IMG/VR virus record: IMGVR_UViG_3300045988_005096
Location: 1 to 5,430 of that record
Reading direction: 5' to 3' (one strand)
DNA: 5,430 nucleotides
Source of the DNA: a virus
Shown here piece after piece: positions 4,335-5,430 of this stretch. The notes beneath the pieces were generated by a model. That model was not told where the DNA came from, made no database searches, and worked only from the letters and a program-made list of their open reading frames with translations. The position numbers and the translations under genes are program-made. The stretch's first letter is position 1; each line of letters begins with the position of its first letter.

Positions 4335-4439
4335 CTGACTCTCAAGGAAATTGACGCGCTGTTTAACAACATTCGCAAAATCTTGGCTATGCTGGACAAG
4401 ATTTATCACGCAGTAGAGGGCAACAAACCCGAGGGGTGA
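4335..4439 (+). CDS. Hypothetical 34-aa ORF with a putative CTG start ((M)TLKEIDALFNNIRKILAMLDKIYHAVEGNKPEG)
   Basis: Strong SD AAGAGGTGA (4319-4327) lies 7 nt before CTG 4335. An in-frame stop at 4326-4328 excludes an earlier start. The peptide looks like a real amphipathic helix. Its TGA 4437-4439 overlaps GTG 4436. In-frame TTG 4383 and ATG 4389 are alternative, shorter starts. Confidence 0.3.
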   Translation: MTLKEIDALFNNIRKILAMLDKIYHAVEGNKPEG

Positions 4440-4666
4440 CCAAGGTGAAAACATGGAACGTAAGAGACCAGACCGATACGAACCTCATGCAGGAATTGAT
4501 GAAAACCTACAAAGAAATCGATTCCGCATACAAACTGCTCCAACAGGCCGCAAAGTACGAAGACGCAAAGTTTTACCTTGACATGGCCTTCAGGAAAAAA
4601 GCAGCAGCAAACAGCATTGAGGTGGAAATCCTCAGAAGGGAAATCAACCATGGCAAAGAGGAGTAA
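4436..4666 (+). CDS. Hypothetical small protein, 76 aa (73 aa if GTG 4445), predicted helical/coiled-coil
   Basis: Open frame with GTG starts at 4436 (GTGA overlap with the upstream ORF stop) and 4445 (GAGGGG 8 nt upstream). Charged heptad-like sequence QELMKTYKEIDSAYKLLQQAAKYEDAKFY. I recognise no family. Confidence 0.55.
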   Translation: MTKVKTWNVRDQTDTNLMQELMKTYKEIDSAYKLLQQAAKYEDAKFYLDMAFRKKAAANSIEVEILRREINHGKEE

Positions 4667-4769
4667 AGTCCGCAAGTCCAAAGACGCAAAAATTTACAAC
4701 AAGACCGCAAAAAAGACCAAGGCAATCAACCTTGGCAGCGGCGCAATGCGAGGAGGTATTCGACTGTGA
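4650..4769 (+). CDS. Small highly basic DNA-binding/packaging peptide (gokushovirus ORF8 / phiX174 J-like), 39 aa
   Basis: MAKRSKVRKSKDAKIYNKTAKKTKAINLGSGAMRGGIRL carries 13 Lys/Arg in 39 residues. From memory, the C-terminal MRGGIRL-type ending recurs in gokushovirus small basic proteins. GAAGGGA lies 8 nt upstream of ATG 4650. The longer 4578 start in the ORF track has no support. Confidence 0.7.
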   Translation: MAKRSKVRKSKDAKIYNKTAKKTKAINLGSGAMRGGIRL

Positions 4770-5008
4770 GCACCAACGTATACGGCATCTTCGACAACTG
4801 TGTGATGGGCTACATCACCATCTTCACCGAGCGGGAAGACAAGGTGGCAGAGCGCAACTTCAAAATTGCGCTCAACGACGAACGCAACATTATGAGCAAA
4901 TCGCCGAGCGACTACCGGTTGGTACGTCTGGCAAAGTTCGACGAAAAAACCGGCGAATTTGTCGAGAATAAGGAGAACATCTTCGATGGCATTTCGCTCT
5001 GTAAGTAA
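4766..5008 (+). CDS. VP5-like small non-structural protein, 80 aa, GTG start
   Basis: AGGAGG (4751-4756) lies 9 nt before GTG 4766, which overlaps the preceding TGA (4767-4769). The pattern VYGIFD...AERNF..ALND....SKSPSDYRLVRLAKFDEKTGEF resembles the conserved gokushovirus VP5/non-structural family (.Y.I.D...A.R.F...ND....P.DY.L..L..FD..TG). Confidence 0.75.
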   Translation: MSTNVYGIFDNCVMGYITIFTEREDKVAERNFKIALNDERNIMSKSPSDYRLVRLAKFDEKTGEFVENKENIFDGISLCK

Positions 5009-5430
5009 CTGGCGGGAAACCGCAACAGCAAAACCAACCGAGGCCGGGGAAAGCGTAAGACGCACTTATCTCTGGGAACGCAATGAAAAAGGCGAAAAGG
5101 TGCTAAGACTCGACCAAACCATTGACCAGCAGGCCGAAATCGACTCCTATTTGGAAGAAACCAAGCTGGAAAACATCATCCGGCAAGCAAGCATCGACCC
5201 GGACATTGCAGCACGTATCAAGCCGGACATCGGGGGCGGCATCCAAGACTTTACCGAAGCACCGCAGAATCTGGCCGAACTCCAGAACATCATGATGCGA
5301 GCAGAGCAAATCTGGGACGAGGTGCCGAAAGACATCAAGCTCAAGTTTGACAACAATGTGGACAAATTCATTGCATCGTTTGGCACAGTCGAATGGGCCA
5401 AAAATCTGGGCATTTACCAAGAAAAAAAAG
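4986..5430 (+). CDS. VP3: Internal scaffolding protein VP3, N-terminal 148 codons; the frame runs off the window end and finishes at 147-149 on the circle (164 aa in total)
   Basis: AAGGAGA (4970-4976) lies 9 nt before ATG 4986. There is no stop through 5430. The sequence MAFRSVSNWRE...EVPKDIKLKFDNNVDKFIASF is consistent with the VP3 C-terminal motif. Position directly upstream of VP1. Confidence 0.85.
   Translation, partial: MAFRSVSNWRETATAKPTEAGESVRRTYLWERNEKGEKVLRLDQTIDQQAEIDSYLEETKLENIIRQASIDPDIAARIKPDIGGGIQDFTEAPQNLAELQNIMMRAEQIWDEVPKDIKLKFDNNVDKFIASFGTVEWAKNLGIYQEKK
5332..5430. repeat. Terminal redundancy, right copy (identical to 1..99)
   Basis: Same 99 nt as 1..99. Most simply explained as a k-mer-length overlap left by linearising a circular assembly. 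Confidence 0.97.

Larger units (their letters stand above)
1..5331 (+). other. One complete unit of a circular Microviridae (Gokushovirinae-like) ssDNA phage genome, 5,331 nt
   Basis: Exact 99-nt end duplication closes the circle. Gene content VP3-VP1-VP2-VP4 plus small ORFs, all on one strand. Size and VP1 length (563 aa) are typical of gokushoviruses. Confidence 0.9.

Noticed and set aside
4732-4971. 79-aa + strand ORF (TTG start) overlapping the VP5-like gene
   Set aside because: Off-frame, with Arg/His/Gln-rich composition, a rare start codon and no SD.
4406-5420. Minus-strand ORFs 4406..4681, 4694..5065 (123 aa), 5103..5420 and 5147..5413
   Set aside because: They are antisense to the SD-led small-gene chain and to VP3. 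None has an SD or promoter in the right orientation, and the sequences are unremarkable. The 123-aa one is the longest and would be the first to re-examine if antisense transcription were ever detected.

Overview
This window is one complete circular genome of a Gokushovirinae-like microvirus (ssDNA phage, family Microviridae). It is written linearly with a 99-nt terminal redundancy: 1..99 is identical to 5332..5430, so the true unit is 5,331 nt. All credible genes are on the + strand. Going round the circle they are the internal scaffolding protein VP3 (4986..5430, continuing to 149), major capsid VP1 (146..1837), pilot/minor capsid VP2 (1902..2774) and the rolling-circle Rep VP4 (2780..3799). 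A ~535-nt non-coding region follows (3800..4334). After it comes a gapless chain of small ORFs (4335..5008) that includes a J/ORF8-like basic peptide and a VP5-like protein. The core genes are ordinary for this family. The unusual part is the non-coding region, about 10% of the genome, which is densely organised. It holds a strong intrinsic terminator and two Z-DNA-prone alternating purine/pyrimidine tracts. It also holds an 8-nt match to the phiX174 origin nick-site core and a 33-nt block with strict 3-nt periodicity. It further contains a same-orientation array of ten 9-mers related to the DnaA box, one of them a perfect TTATCCACA, as well as a GC-rich nested hairpin and a 17/18 direct repeat. 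It ends in a near-consensus sigma70 promoter with an extended -10. I read this as a candidate oriC-like replication and control module in an ssDNA phage; that is inference, not demonstrated. Other points worth a look are three GTGA stop/start overlaps that chain six ORFs with non-AUG starts, a possible CUG-initiated or frameshift-fused ORF, a 27-aa hydrophobic mini-ORF, and a hairpin plus mini-ORF between VP1 and VP2. All family assignments rest on motif recognition by eye; no database search was possible.
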